46,451 bases of DNA, from contig QMWA01000002.1 in the NCBI GenBank assembly GCA_003661385.1, positions 1 to 46,451 of the forward strand, read 5' to 3'. How positions within the stretch are numbered: the stretch's first letter is position 1; each line of letters begins with the position of its first letter. The notes beneath the pieces were generated by a model. The model searched no databases, had not been told where the DNA came from, and saw only the letters and a list, made by a program, of their open reading frames with translations. This stretch comes from Thermoproteota archaeon (lineage in GTDB: Archaea > Korarchaeota > Korarchaeia > B14-G2). Position numbers and translations under genes: made by a program. Below, piece after piece: positions 1 to 8,113 of this stretch.

Positions 1-50
1 ATTAAGAGGAGAGAAAGGGGTGGGAACGAGAGTTGTAGTGGGGGGTTCTC

Positions 51-377
51 TTGAGAAAAAGAAGTAAGAGGCCTAGTATAGTGGAATATGTAATCTCTGA
101 GGTGTTCTATGGAGTGATGTTAGCTGCTATAGCTTTTGGAGTCTCTTTTGCGATCGGGGAGTATGGTATATGGGTTTCACAGCTCTGGATGCTGAGTAGA
201 GAAAAGACGATGAAAGTGTTCTATCTCCTTGTATGCATCATATCCTCATTCTTTCTAGCCATACCAGTATATAACAGGAGATATGTACAGCTTCTTGGAA
301 GCCTAATTGCTTTAGCAATCTTCTGGATGATAGTGCTTAGAACCCTAGATCCCATAGCGCTGATATTTGGAGGATAG
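51..377 (+). CDS. hypothetical small integral membrane protein (3-4 predicted TM helices)
   Basis: Open frame of 108 codons with a TTG start. It has hydrophobic helices (VFYGVMLAAIAFGVSFAI, VFYLLVCIISSFFLAIPV, LLGSLIALAIFWMIVL). I recognise no family. Confidence 0.4.
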   Translation: MRKRSKRPSIVEYVISEVFYGVMLAAIAFGVSFAIGEYGIWVSQLWMLSREKTMKVFYLLVCIISSFFLAIPVYNRRYVQLLGSLIALAIFWMIVLRTLDPIALIFGG

Positions 378-378
378 T

Positions 379-464
379 GCTCCGGGCGGGATTCGAACCC
401 GCGCTAGCGGCTTTCTCCATGCTCGAGAGGCCGCCGTGCTTGGCCTGGCTACACTACCGGAGCA
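379..464 (-). tRNA. tRNA-Glu(CUC) with an 11-nt intron at 37/38 (414-424)
   Basis: Cloverleaf GCTCCGG/CCGGAGC, T arm GCGGG-TTCGAAT-CCCGC, anticodon stem GCGGC/GCCGC, loop C-U-CUC-G|intron|A. Nucleotides 32-35 (CUCU) pair with intron GGAG, giving a bulge-helix-loop. CCA is not encoded. Confidence 0.8.
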
Positions 465-486
465 CCACCTACTGTTGGGATGGGGG

Positions 487-495
487 TATTTTAAA
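487..495 (-). promoter_or_regulatory. TATA box for tRNA-Glu
   Basis: TTTAAAATA on the minus strand, 23-31 nt upstream of the tRNA 5' end at 464. Confidence 0.45.
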
Positions 496-496
496 C

Positions 497-1084
497 TTGT
501 CGATAGCAATAAAGCGGCTCTGTATAACTGGAACACCGGGAGTTGGTAAGACTACCATCAGCCTCAAAATAGCGAAGATCATGGGAGCTAAATACATAGA
601 TCTTGGTAAGCTTGTCATTAAACAGGGGTGGATAAGTGGATACGACCATGCTAGGAGGAGCTTCATAGTTAGCGATGAGATTGCAGGGAAGCTTAAGCTG
701 TACCTTACAAAATTTGAGAAGTATGTAATAGACACCCACTACTGTGAGCTTGTGCCTTCAGAGTGTATTGATATGGTTGTAGTGCTTAGGCTCAGACCAG
801 ATGTGCTTTTTGAGAGGCTTAGCATGAGAGGCTATAGCAGCAAGAAGGTGTGTGAGAATACGCTAGCTGAGGTACTTGATTCATGCTTAATATCGGCTAT
901 AGAAGCTCATGGCAGAGATAGGGTCATAGAAGTAGATACTACTGGAAAGAGCGTGGATTGCATAGTAGAGGAGGTGCTTAAGCTGGTATCTAAGAGAGAG
1001 AGGCGGATTGGCGTAGTTAACTGGCTTCAGGAGATTGATTATGAATTTTTACTAAAGTTGGAGAGGGGGCTTCAGGGGCCTTAA
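497..1084 (+). CDS. Fap7/adenylate kinase 6-like NTPase (small-subunit ribosome maturation)
   Basis: P-loop ITGTPGVGKTT lies 10 residues after an in-frame TTG at 497, and size and layout match archaeal Fap7. The track ORF start at 377 is antisense translation of tRNA-Glu and is rejected. Confidence 0.65.
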   Translation: MSIAIKRLCITGTPGVGKTTISLKIAKIMGAKYIDLGKLVIKQGWISGYDHARRSFIVSDEIAGKLKLYLTKFEKYVIDTHYCELVPSECIDMVVVLRLRPDVLFERLSMRGYSSKKVCENTLAEVLDSCLISAIEAHGRDRVIEVDTTGKSVDCIVEEVLKLVSKRERRIGVVNWLQEIDYEFLLKLERGLQGP

Positions 1085-2807
1085 TTAGAGCCCATCCAGT
1101 CTCCATGTTTACTAGCATCTTGGATACCGAGGTAGGAGCAGCTAGCACCTTAGATGCTGTTTTAATGTCATCTAGAGATGCTTGACGTAGGATTATCTTA
1201 GTCCCTGTATTCTGTAGTATAGCAGTAGAAAGCCTTGAAATGGACTGTGCGGTCATTATGATGCAGACTCCGAACTTTCTAGCCTCTGATACAAGGTAGT
1301 CTATTATTGAAAGGTCATTGCTGCTGTACTCTGGAGATATCTTCTCTACCTCCTCTAGAAGTACGGCTAGCTGTAAGCCAGACAGCCTACCAGATGCCTT
1401 TATGGCGTCATAGAGGTAGCGTAAAATCACGTAAACAAGAAGCTTTCTTACCTCATTAGAAACTACACTAGACAAGTCTATGACGCAGCATCCTGAAGAA
1501 AGAGCTTTCCAGTTCACCGGGTTTGATGAAAAAATCTCGGAGGCCTGTCCCCTGGTGAGTCTGGTAAGCTTACGGAGGAGAGCCATCTTAGTCTCGTACT
1601 CCGCATAGCTTCTAACCTTAAAGCTTTCCACAGCCTTGACTAGCCCCCTTATAGATGGGTTATCAGACTTTATTACCATCTCAAGAGCTTTAGATAGCAT
1701 GACAGACTGTGGAAGAGTTAGATCCAGGACTTCAGTAAACACATCTATTAAGAAATCTATGTAGTCATCGTTACATTCAGTAAATGGATTAGACAGCAAG
1801 TCTAGCTTGAGGGTGTTATCTCTCACAGACAGCCTTGTAAACCCCGGAATATTGGCATACTCTCCATGGAGATCGAAGACTAGCACGGGTATATTGAGCT
1901 TGGCAAGCTGTGTAATTATGTGTCTAGCGATAGTTGTTTTTCCAGCTCCTGTAGCCCCAGCTATTAGGACATGGGATAATAAGGATGATATAGGTACCAT
2001 ATAGCTCGCAGGAGAAGATATTACAGGAATGCACATGCCCAGGCTTATGGACGGGGAAGTTGGCTTAGGAGGAGGTGCTATCGTCCTAAACTTCCCTATA
2101 TCGGATAGCTTTGGGATAGACGCGTTTAATGGAAGCAGCAGATCTAGGTCTCTAGAGTTTATGAGGCTAGCATCCAATGAGGTACCTGACTGCATCAGAG
2201 GGCAAACCAGCCTCTGTATGTCTTCAGGAGGTATGAGCTCAAACTCAAATTCTGGATAGAATCCAGACATGACAGATAGCATTGAGTCTACAGCAGCTGA
2301 AACCTCCTCAACTGACCTAGGACTGCTGTATTTGGACCACATTATCAGGTATATATCCATACAGGCTACTCTTTCGCCTAATGTCTTCAGAAGACGCTTT
2401 GGAGATATCATAAGCATATATGCTATGTTTAAAGAGGATCTCTCAACAATTCTGATCATAGATGATAAGACTGGAGTCTTATCAGCGTATTTTTGCTGAT
2501 CCCCACTTACTTCACTTTGATTGCTTATAGAAGCAACGCGAATACCAGCTATGACATATTTCTTCCCATGAATGCTCAATACTGCAACATCACCAACCCC
2601 TCTGAGATGAAAGGACAGAAGAGGTACAGTATGGTAGATTTTCACCAAAGTAAAGATGAATAAAGCGCTCAGGGTCAGCAGGATGTATGGCAATGCTTCT
2701 CTAAGTCCAATATGCATGCGGAGCTTTGGAAGATGCACTGCTATAGCTATTATAACAAGCAAAGAAAGCACAGCTAGCTCCATCTTGCCTACTTCCTTTC
2801 GGGTCAA
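1017..2807 (-). CDS. membrane-anchored HerA/VirB4-like (DUF87) P-loop ATPase
   Basis: Two N-terminal TM helices (LAVLSLLVIIAIAV, ILLTLSALFIFTLV). Walker A is IAGATGAGKTT followed by VFDLHGEY; Walker B-like is AVLLEE. The TTG start overlaps the stop of the upstream TFB gene (TTGA); the alternative ATG is at 2783. Confidence 0.7.
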   Translation of the reverse strand: MTRKEVGKMELAVLSLLVIIAIAVHLPKLRMHIGLREALPYILLTLSALFIFTLVKIYHTVPLLSFHLRGVGDVAVLSIHGKKYVIAGIRVASISNQSEVSGDQQKYADKTPVLSSMIRIVERSSLNIAYMLMISPKRLLKTLGERVACMDIYLIMWSKYSSPRSVEEVSAAVDSMLSVMSGFYPEFEFELIPPEDIQRLVCPLMQSGTSLDASLINSRDLDLLLPLNASIPKLSDIGKFRTIAPPPKPTSPSISLGMCIPVISSPASYMVPISSLLSHVLIAGATGAGKTTIARHIITQLAKLNIPVLVFDLHGEYANIPGFTRLSVRDNTLKLDLLSNPFTECNDDYIDFLIDVFTEVLDLTLPQSVMLSKALEMVIKSDNPSIRGLVKAVESFKVRSYAEYETKMALLRKLTRLTRGQASEIFSSNPVNWKALSSGCCVIDLSSVVSNEVRKLLVYVILRYLYDAIKASGRLSGLQLAVLLEEVEKISPEYSSNDLSIIDYLVSEARKFGVCIIMTAQSISRLSTAILQNTGTKIILRQASLDDIKTASKVLAAPTSVSKMLVNMETGWALIKAPEAPSPTLVKIHNQSPEAS

Positions 2808-3637
2808 TGTGGCCCACTGCCTGCTATGATACTTGATATCGCCCTCATGTGGTCATGTAGAGAAGACACATGTAAGTCAGCTAACCTGCATAGCATGGAT
2901 TGTGTTACTATTCCCCGCTTTTTCCCCCTTAATCTCCTTAATACTGCTGAATATGCCAGGTATATCACTGCTGCCGCAACGGCGCTCGGCCTTTTGCCAA
3001 CATAGTATGACTTGGGGATCCTAGCTGCTATCTTGAATGCTTCCTCTCTAACTACAGGTAAAAGCTCGATATCATCATTAGAGCCTCTAGATGATACTAT
3101 GTGCTCAACCCTCAGGAGTAAGCTCTCGAGGTAGGATAGGAGCAGAGGAGGCCTTACTTTAGCAATTGAGCTATAAGTGAGAAGATTCCTCATTAAAGTT
3201 CTGACCTTGACTCTTTTCCCCATCTCTGAGACAAGAGCAACTATATTCGAGATCTTAACTGGATTAGATGGATCTACCTCCTTTACTGCAGCTAGCAGAG
3301 AAACAATAGCTATGTAAGTTGAGTTAGTAAACTTACTTTGGTGGTAAGTAATTAAGTAAGATGCTATCTCCATTGCTCTATCCCGTGCATTCTTAGATAT
3401 AGATAGAGATCTACATACATAGCCTATTATTGTATCAACTCTGTGAATAAGTTTCCTATAGCTGCTTTCTTGCATTCTGATGTTCTCACTCTCCGAAAGC
3501 TTACGATGGTTTATGTTAGAATACGACATGCTCGACATGCTGCACCTTAAGACTTCATCTACGACTAACCCACAGCTTGGACATATGATCTCAAACCCCT
3601 GCACCACACACTCTACGCTACAGTTTGGGCATATCAT
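2804..3637 (-). CDS. tfb: transcription factor B (TFIIB-like) paralog, divergent
   Basis: N-terminal zinc ribbon CPNC...CPSCG. Cyclin-fold signature GKRPSAVAAAVIYLA. The B-reader/linker region is poorly conserved. 277 aa. Confidence 0.8.
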   Translation of the reverse strand: MICPNCSVECVVQGFEIICPSCGLVVDEVLRCSMSSMSYSNINHRKLSESENIRMQESSYRKLIHRVDTIIGYVCRSLSISKNARDRAMEIASYLITYHQSKFTNSTYIAIVSLLAAVKEVDPSNPVKISNIVALVSEMGKRVKVRTLMRNLLTYSSIAKVRPPLLLSYLESLLLRVEHIVSSRGSNDDIELLPVVREEAFKIAARIPKSYYVGKRPSAVAAAVIYLAYSAVLRRLRGKKRGIVTQSMLCRLADLHVSSLHDHMRAISSIIAGSGPH

Positions 3638-3765
3638 TCAGTTATACACCAGCTAGTGCTGCCTAGCAGGCTGCTTTAATTGATTTAGCAGGTTTTCTTC
3701 AGCAAATCTTGGGGTTTTATTCAGAAAAGAGAAATGGAAAGTAATAACGGCAGCATATCCTAGTA

Positions 3766-4155
3766 TTACGAGGATAAAGCTGCTAGAAGCCCTCCCTTTA
3801 AGGTCAGGTATACATATTCTCCTTCATTGAAATCACTAAGATCTAATTCGCCAATGGCTGAAAAGAGCAAGCCGCCTATAGATGCTAGCATGGTAAGCCT
3901 ACCTCCCTCACGTCTAATCTTGTAAATCATACCGCGGACGACTATTCTCTGCTCTGCACTAGGCTCAGGTCTTGTTTTACTCATGACAAGCTCACCTTGT
4001 TCACCTATCCTATAGCTAGCTAGGTTGCGAGGTAGCTCTAGCTTGAAGCTACAGGAGCCGTCCGGTGTTTTAAGGCTTAGAACATCAATATCATAGTCGG
4101 AAAGAGGTTCAATGCCATCCAGCACTACCTTCCATTTCATCATCTGGAACCCCAC
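3766..4155 (-). CDS. rpo8: RNA polymerase subunit Rpo8 (RpoG, Rpb8 homolog), tentative
   Basis: About 125 aa with an Rpb8-like C-terminal motif MLASIGGLLFSAIG. Starts are possible at GTG 4155 or ATG 4143. Confidence 0.5.
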   Translation of the reverse strand: MGFQMMKWKVVLDGIEPLSDYDIDVLSLKTPDGSCSFKLELPRNLASYRIGEQGELVMSKTRPEPSAEQRIVVRGMIYKIRREGGRLTMLASIGGLLFSAIGELDLSDFNEGEYVYLTLKGGLLAALSS

Positions 4156-4197
4156 AAGGTATTAATCTACAATAGCTAGTTACCTACTGGTGGTATC

Positions 4198-4626
4198 TTG
4201 GAAAGCCCAAGAAGAAGCTTCCTTAAAGAGCTTTTGCAACTAATAGGAGAGACTGTAACAGTGTTTACAGATAGTGGAGAGATAGAGGGGGTTCTCCTGG
4301 GAGTAGATACAGATAGCATGAGCGTCTGTCTGGCTAATGCTATGACAGAAAGAGGGAAATTCTACAGGCTCGTAGTGCCGGGAGGTAATATTAGAAGCAT
4401 AGCTAAAGTAGAGGCCTCCCTCAACATGAAGAGGCTATATGACGAGATTAAGAAGACATTTGACCCAGAACTTGTTGAATACGATCAGAGTAAGGGTGAA
4501 ATAAGGGTATTTCAGGGTAGAGTCATAGTCACAAGAAGAGGAGTGATAGCTGAGAAAAAGGATAGAGTGTATGAAATGGTTAAGAAAATATACGATAAAT
4601 TCGTTGAAGAGAGTGAAAGGAGCTGA
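4198..4626 (+). CDS. Sm-like archaeal protein SmAP3 (Sm domain plus C-terminal domain)
   Basis: Sm fold IGETVTVFTDSGEIEGVLLGVD...VCLANA followed by a roughly 70-aa extension, resembling the Pyrobaculum SmAP3 architecture. TTG start. Confidence 0.7.
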   Translation: MESPRRSFLKELLQLIGETVTVFTDSGEIEGVLLGVDTDSMSVCLANAMTERGKFYRLVVPGGNIRSIAKVEASLNMKRLYDEIKKTFDPELVEYDQSKGEIRVFQGRVIVTRRGVIAEKKDRVYEMVKKIYDKFVEESERS

Positions 4627-4632
4627 TTTACG

Positions 4633-4935
4633 TTATAGCCTAGTTTTTCCACTCTTTTTAATAAGATAAAGCTTTAACAGCTTCTCATCGAGTATTATCG
4701 TGTGAGATATCCTCTTAACGAGCTTGAATGGAATAAAGACGCACCCCTCTTTATCCCTCCTGAAGTAGGCAAGAATCTCAGCAGTTTCTGGCTCATCTAG
4801 CTCCGGTTCGCATACTATACTTAATATCTCCCCCGTAAGCTCATTTACAACAAGATCCCTCAGCCTACCTATCAGCCGGCCATCATCAGTTAAGATCTGA
4901 AGATCCTTTAATCGGCCAACAGAGAATCTTGGCAC
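4633..4935 (-). CDS. PRC-barrel domain protein
   Basis: LKDLQILTDDGRLIGRLRDLVVNELTGEILSIV matches the PRC-barrel pattern. 100 aa. Confidence 0.6.
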   Translation of the reverse strand: MPRFSVGRLKDLQILTDDGRLIGRLRDLVVNELTGEILSIVCEPELDEPETAEILAYFRRDKEGCVFIPFKLVKRISHTIILDEKLLKLYLIKKSGKTRL

Positions 4936-4957
4936 CCTCCACTACACCTCCATTGGA

Positions 4958-5043
4958 TGGGCCGGGAGGGACTCGAACCCTCGACCTCCGCCTCGTCAGG
5001 ACGGCCTTATCACAGCGGAGTCATACCCCTAGACCACCGGCCC
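4958..5043 (-). tRNA. tRNA-Val(GAC) with a 14-nt intron at 25/26 (5006-5019)
   Basis: Acceptor GGGCCGG/CCGGCCC. Anticodon arm CCGTC-CTGACGA-GGCGG. Exons are identical to the Val(UAC) gene at 11377-11464 except in the anticodon arm. The intron lies between the D stem and nt 26. Confidence 0.8.
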
Positions 5044-5105
5044 TAAAACTTCCTAGCAAGCATGTTAAAAAGGTTTCAGTTTAGAACTCTTCAGTTAAGA
5101 GTAGA

Positions 5106-5196
5106 TGGTGGACCGGGCGGGATTTGAACCCGCAACCTCCGCGATCACGTCTACATGATGCCAACGCGGCGCGCTACCAGGTTGCGCCACCGGCCC
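5106..5196 (-). tRNA. tRNA-Ala(GGC) with a roughly 14-nt intron near 37/38; CCA encoded
   Basis: G3:U70 pair (GGGCCGG/CCGGTCC). Anticodon stem CCGCG/CGCGG with U-GGC-A in the loop. The 3' ACCA is genomic. Confidence 0.75.
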
Positions 5197-5254
5197 AGCA
5201 GATTACTGCAGAGAGGATTTTAAACTTTTCCCTGGTAGGATTAGGAGCTACAGG

Positions 5255-5446
5255 CTACCATAGCCTCTTTCTCGTCAATGTATCCTTGTTCTGCCACTTG
5301 TACCTCCTTATCCTCTTAAGCCTACCGTACCCACAAGCAGCACAAACCCTCTTTGTGACATGATACGCATGCCTACCACACCTCCTACATCTTATGTGAG
5401 TTCTGCCCTTGGACTTCTTCCCCATAGATGGAGTACCCTTTACCAT
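5255..5446 (-). CDS. rpl37e: 50S ribosomal protein L37e
   Basis: [38 protein letters not shown] zinc-ribbon signature. Confidence 0.92.
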   Translation of the reverse strand: MVKGTPSMGKKSKGRTHIRCRRCGRHAYHVTKRVCAACGYGRLKRIRRYKWQNKDTLTRKRLW

Positions 5447-5449
5447 GCT

Positions 5450-5707
5450 TCACCCCTCAACAGGCGATACCAACACGACATTATCTCCTCTTATGATGAC
5501 TCTACCTAGAGGCCTAGAAGGATCTAGTGGCACGGGGTCTTCCCCAGGTCTCCCTACAGCTAGCTCTTCTGCCCTATCTAGTACTATGTTCAGGTGGTTA
5601 TCAAAGGACATGAAGAGCCCCCTTACAATACCACCACCTCTGAGCACCACTAGAACCTGTTTACCAGTGTAGGCTTCTAACTGGGTTGTTGGCTCACTCA
5701 AGTGCAC
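5450..5707 (-). CDS. Sm-like archaeal protein SmAP1 (LSm)
   Basis: Sm1/Sm2 motifs VLVVLRGGGIVRGLFMSFDNHLNIVL...RVIIRGDNVVLV. It forms the classic Sm-L37e gene pair. Confidence 0.88.
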   Translation of the reverse strand: MHLSEPTTQLEAYTGKQVLVVLRGGGIVRGLFMSFDNHLNIVLDRAEELAVGRPGEDPVPLDPSRPLGRVIIRGDNVVLVSPVEG

Positions 5708-5795
5708 TACACCAAGATCGGGGTCTTCAAGGATGTTAATAAACTAGAGGGATAGGAATTTAAGTAGCAAAGCACTAGCTGTAACGGCTGGAACA

Positions 5796-6164
5796 ATGGG
5801 GGTGCTTAAGAAGATCTTTTCAAGAAGAGAGGATGAGGCAAGAATTGAGGAGGAAAGAGAGGACAGCGCCATAGATCTTACATATGATGCGGTAGTAGTC
5901 ATTAAGCCAATGAAGCTAAGAGACATAACCGATGTAGATAGCATAGTAGAGGAGGTTAGGAATGGAAACATACTTCTAATAGACATAGCCCCGCTCGCAG
6001 AGAGAAACCCAGAAGAGCTGCAGAGCGCAGTAAAGCAGATTAAAACACTACTATCCACCATGGGAGGAGAACTCGTCGCCCACCAACATAAGTCAGACTA
6101 CCCGATCCTATTGGCCACACCATCCTTTGTCAAAGTATGGAGAAGTGGAAGAACGAGGGGCTAG
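5796..6164 (+). CDS. SepF-like (DUF552) protein
   Basis: Pattern VVVIKPMKLRDITDVDSIVEEVRNGNILLIDIAPL...LLSTMGGELVAH...ILLATPSFVKV follows the SepF C-terminal domain consensus. The antisense ORF 5744-6061 is Ser/Leu-rich and is rejected. Confidence 0.55.
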   Translation: MGVLKKIFSRREDEARIEEEREDSAIDLTYDAVVVIKPMKLRDITDVDSIVEEVRNGNILLIDIAPLAERNPEELQSAVKQIKTLLSTMGGELVAHQHKSDYPILLATPSFVKVWRSGRTRG

Positions 6165-8113
6165 CGTCTATCTAACCTATATGTCTCCAGGTTATATGGA
6201 GCAGTAGCCCATATAACACCTTTAGCTCGCATTAGATGCCATAGGTCTCTCGAAAGCTCCATGGCCTTCTGAGCCTCACCATGAACTACCAGTATCTGCT
6301 GGGGGGTAGGCCTCAGCCCACCAACATAGGATAGCAGCTGTAGCCTATCACAGTGACCAGATAGACCATCTATGGAATAAACTCTCATCTTAATGTCGAC
6401 AAGCTTCTCAGTACCATCTGGTAACCTAATTCTGACGCTTCGTGACCCATCTCTTATAGCTCGGCCAATAGTTCCAGCAACCTGATAGCTGACGAACACA
6501 AGCGTATTTCTAGGATCATCGCTTAAAAGCGAGAAGTAGAGGAGAGATGGGCCTCCAGTAAGCATACCTGAGCTAGCGAGTAGTATGCAAGGGCCCCCGC
6601 CAACAACATCTAGCTTATCTCTCCCTAGTGCAGGCTCAAAGTAGTCACTCAATATGGGAAGCTCGCCAGTCTCTTTGAAGCTCTTCCTAACAGAGGATGA
6701 TAAGAAGTTTATGTAGTTTGCATAGATAAGTGAAGCCTGGTAGGTTAACCCGTCTATGTAGATTGGAACTCTGGATAGCTCGCCCTGAGATATTGCCTTG
6801 TGAAGGATAGACATAACTTCTTGGGCTCTTCCAACCGAAAGAACTGGTATAAGGACTTTACCACCATCCTTAAGGGTCTTGTCTACTATGGAGAGCAGCT
6901 GCTGTTCTGCTGTAGCCTGGTCTCTACGTGCATCTCGTCTACCTCCATATGTAGACTCCATTATTAAAGTCTCTATTTTCTTGAAATGTGTAGGAGACGA
7001 GGACAGCAGCCGAACTTTCCCAAACTTAAAGTCCCCAGTGTATAAGAGGTTGTGTTTTTCTTTACCCAGCTCAGCAGTCAGCAGCACCATCGCTGAACCT
7101 AGTATGTGACCAGCAGGGTAAAGCGTCATCTTAACATCTGGCGCTATGTCTAGAGTTGTATTATAGTCGACAGGTATCGTCTGGATAACAATAGAGTCTA
7201 CCTCTCTCTCTGAGAAAAATGCTGGAGCACCTTCACGCTTACATACACTGAGATAGTCCTTAAACAGGAGAAGCATCAAGTCTCTTGTTGGCTGTGTGCA
7301 GTATATTGGGCCTCTATAGCCATACTTGATTAGCAGAGGAAGGCCGCCACAGTGGTCCAGATGAGCATGAGATATTATCACAGCATCTAGATACTCTGCT
7401 AAAAAGGGAAGCCTAGAGAATAGGGGGAACTTCTCTCTATAGGACCCCACGTTTATCCCACAATCCAACATGATAGTTGATGATGGCGTTTGCACAAGGA
7501 TACAGCTCCTCCCAACCTCTCTCGCTCCTCCAAGGAAAGTAGTGGTAATCCAGCGGTTATCTGACAGCACTGGCCTGTGTACCAGCGTTGCAGCATTAGA
7601 TAAGAAGCTACTTCTATCTGAGTAAGCTGACATGAGGACTTTACAGGAGTATTCTAGAGGGAGAAGAGCCTTTTTGGCTCGAGGTAGAATGTAATATACC
7701 TCAGGGAACCACCCTGTCTCTATTAGTAGTTCCTGGCGGCCATTTTCAGCTAGATATGAGTAAAGTTTAGGGCTCCACGTCAAAATAACAACCGTAGAAT
7801 CAGGAAGCATGTATATTGCCTTGAAAAGCTTCTCCCTCTGCGGGTCTACTTTGGCTGTGGCTGCTTTTAGATACCTTTCAACCTCCTCAGGTTTCTTAAG
7901 GACCGATTGCTCACATCTCACCACTATCTTCTTTCTTATGGACTTTGCAAGCGCAGCTACTTCACTGCGATTCTCAACAAAGTACTTCATATTCTTCGAA
8001 AAAACCTTCACAATAGCTCCTTCTACTATCACCTTAGTTATCTCAGCTTCAGGAGGAAAATGATCAAGAACCCTCCTCTCAATTTCAGGTACGGTAGCTG
8101 TGAGAGCTTCCAT
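6161..8113 (-). CDS. aCPSF1/FttA: KH-domain beta-CASP metallo-beta-lactamase ribonuclease (transcription termination factor)
   Basis: N-terminal KH region, HAHLDHCG motif, beta-CASP region. 650 aa, as is typical for aCPSF1. Confidence 0.9.
   Translation of the reverse strand: MEALTATVPEIERRVLDHFPPEAEITKVIVEGAIVKVFSKNMKYFVENRSEVAALAKSIRKKIVVRCEQSVLKKPEEVERYLKAATAKVDPQREKLFKAIYMLPDSTVVILTWSPKLYSYLAENGRQELLIETGWFPEVYYILPRAKKALLPLEYSCKVLMSAYSDRSSFLSNAATLVHRPVLSDNRWITTTFLGGAREVGRSCILVQTPSSTIMLDCGINVGSYREKFPLFSRLPFLAEYLDAVIISHAHLDHCGGLPLLIKYGYRGPIYCTQPTRDLMLLLFKDYLSVCKREGAPAFFSEREVDSIVIQTIPVDYNTTLDIAPDVKMTLYPAGHILGSAMVLLTAELGKEKHNLLYTGDFKFGKVRLLSSSPTHFKKIETLIMESTYGGRRDARRDQATAEQQLLSIVDKTLKDGGKVLIPVLSVGRAQEVMSILHKAISQGELSRVPIYIDGLTYQASLIYANYINFLSSSVRKSFKETGELPILSDYFEPALGRDKLDVVGGGPCILLASSGMLTGGPSLLYFSLLSDDPRNTLVFVSYQVAGTIGRAIRDGSRSVRIRLPDGTEKLVDIKMRVYSIDGLSGHCDRLQLLSYVGGLRPTPQQILVVHGEAQKAMELSRDLWHLMRAKGVIWATAPYNLETYRLDRR

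Noticed and set aside
377-496. The N-terminal 40 codons of track ORF 377-1084, and ORFs 345-536 and 367-549.
   Set aside because: These are translations across or antisense to tRNA-Glu. The Fap7-like protein begins at TTG 497.
3638-3765. A search for a C/D-box sRNA or other small RNA in the largest non-coding gaps (3638-3765, 11942-12013, 16546-16637).
   Set aside because: I found no RUGAUGA/CUGA box pair with appropriate spacing and no convincing conserved structure by eye. The gaps are better explained as promoter regions.
4958-5043. A reading of this tRNA as His(GUG) with a canonical 18-nt intron (stem CUCCG/CGGAG).
   Set aside because: The paralog at 11377-11464 has identical exons but cannot form that stem. 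Both form a CCGNC/GGCGG arm with a C-U-NAC-G-A loop. There is no G-1. The Val assignment with a 25/26 intron explains both genes.
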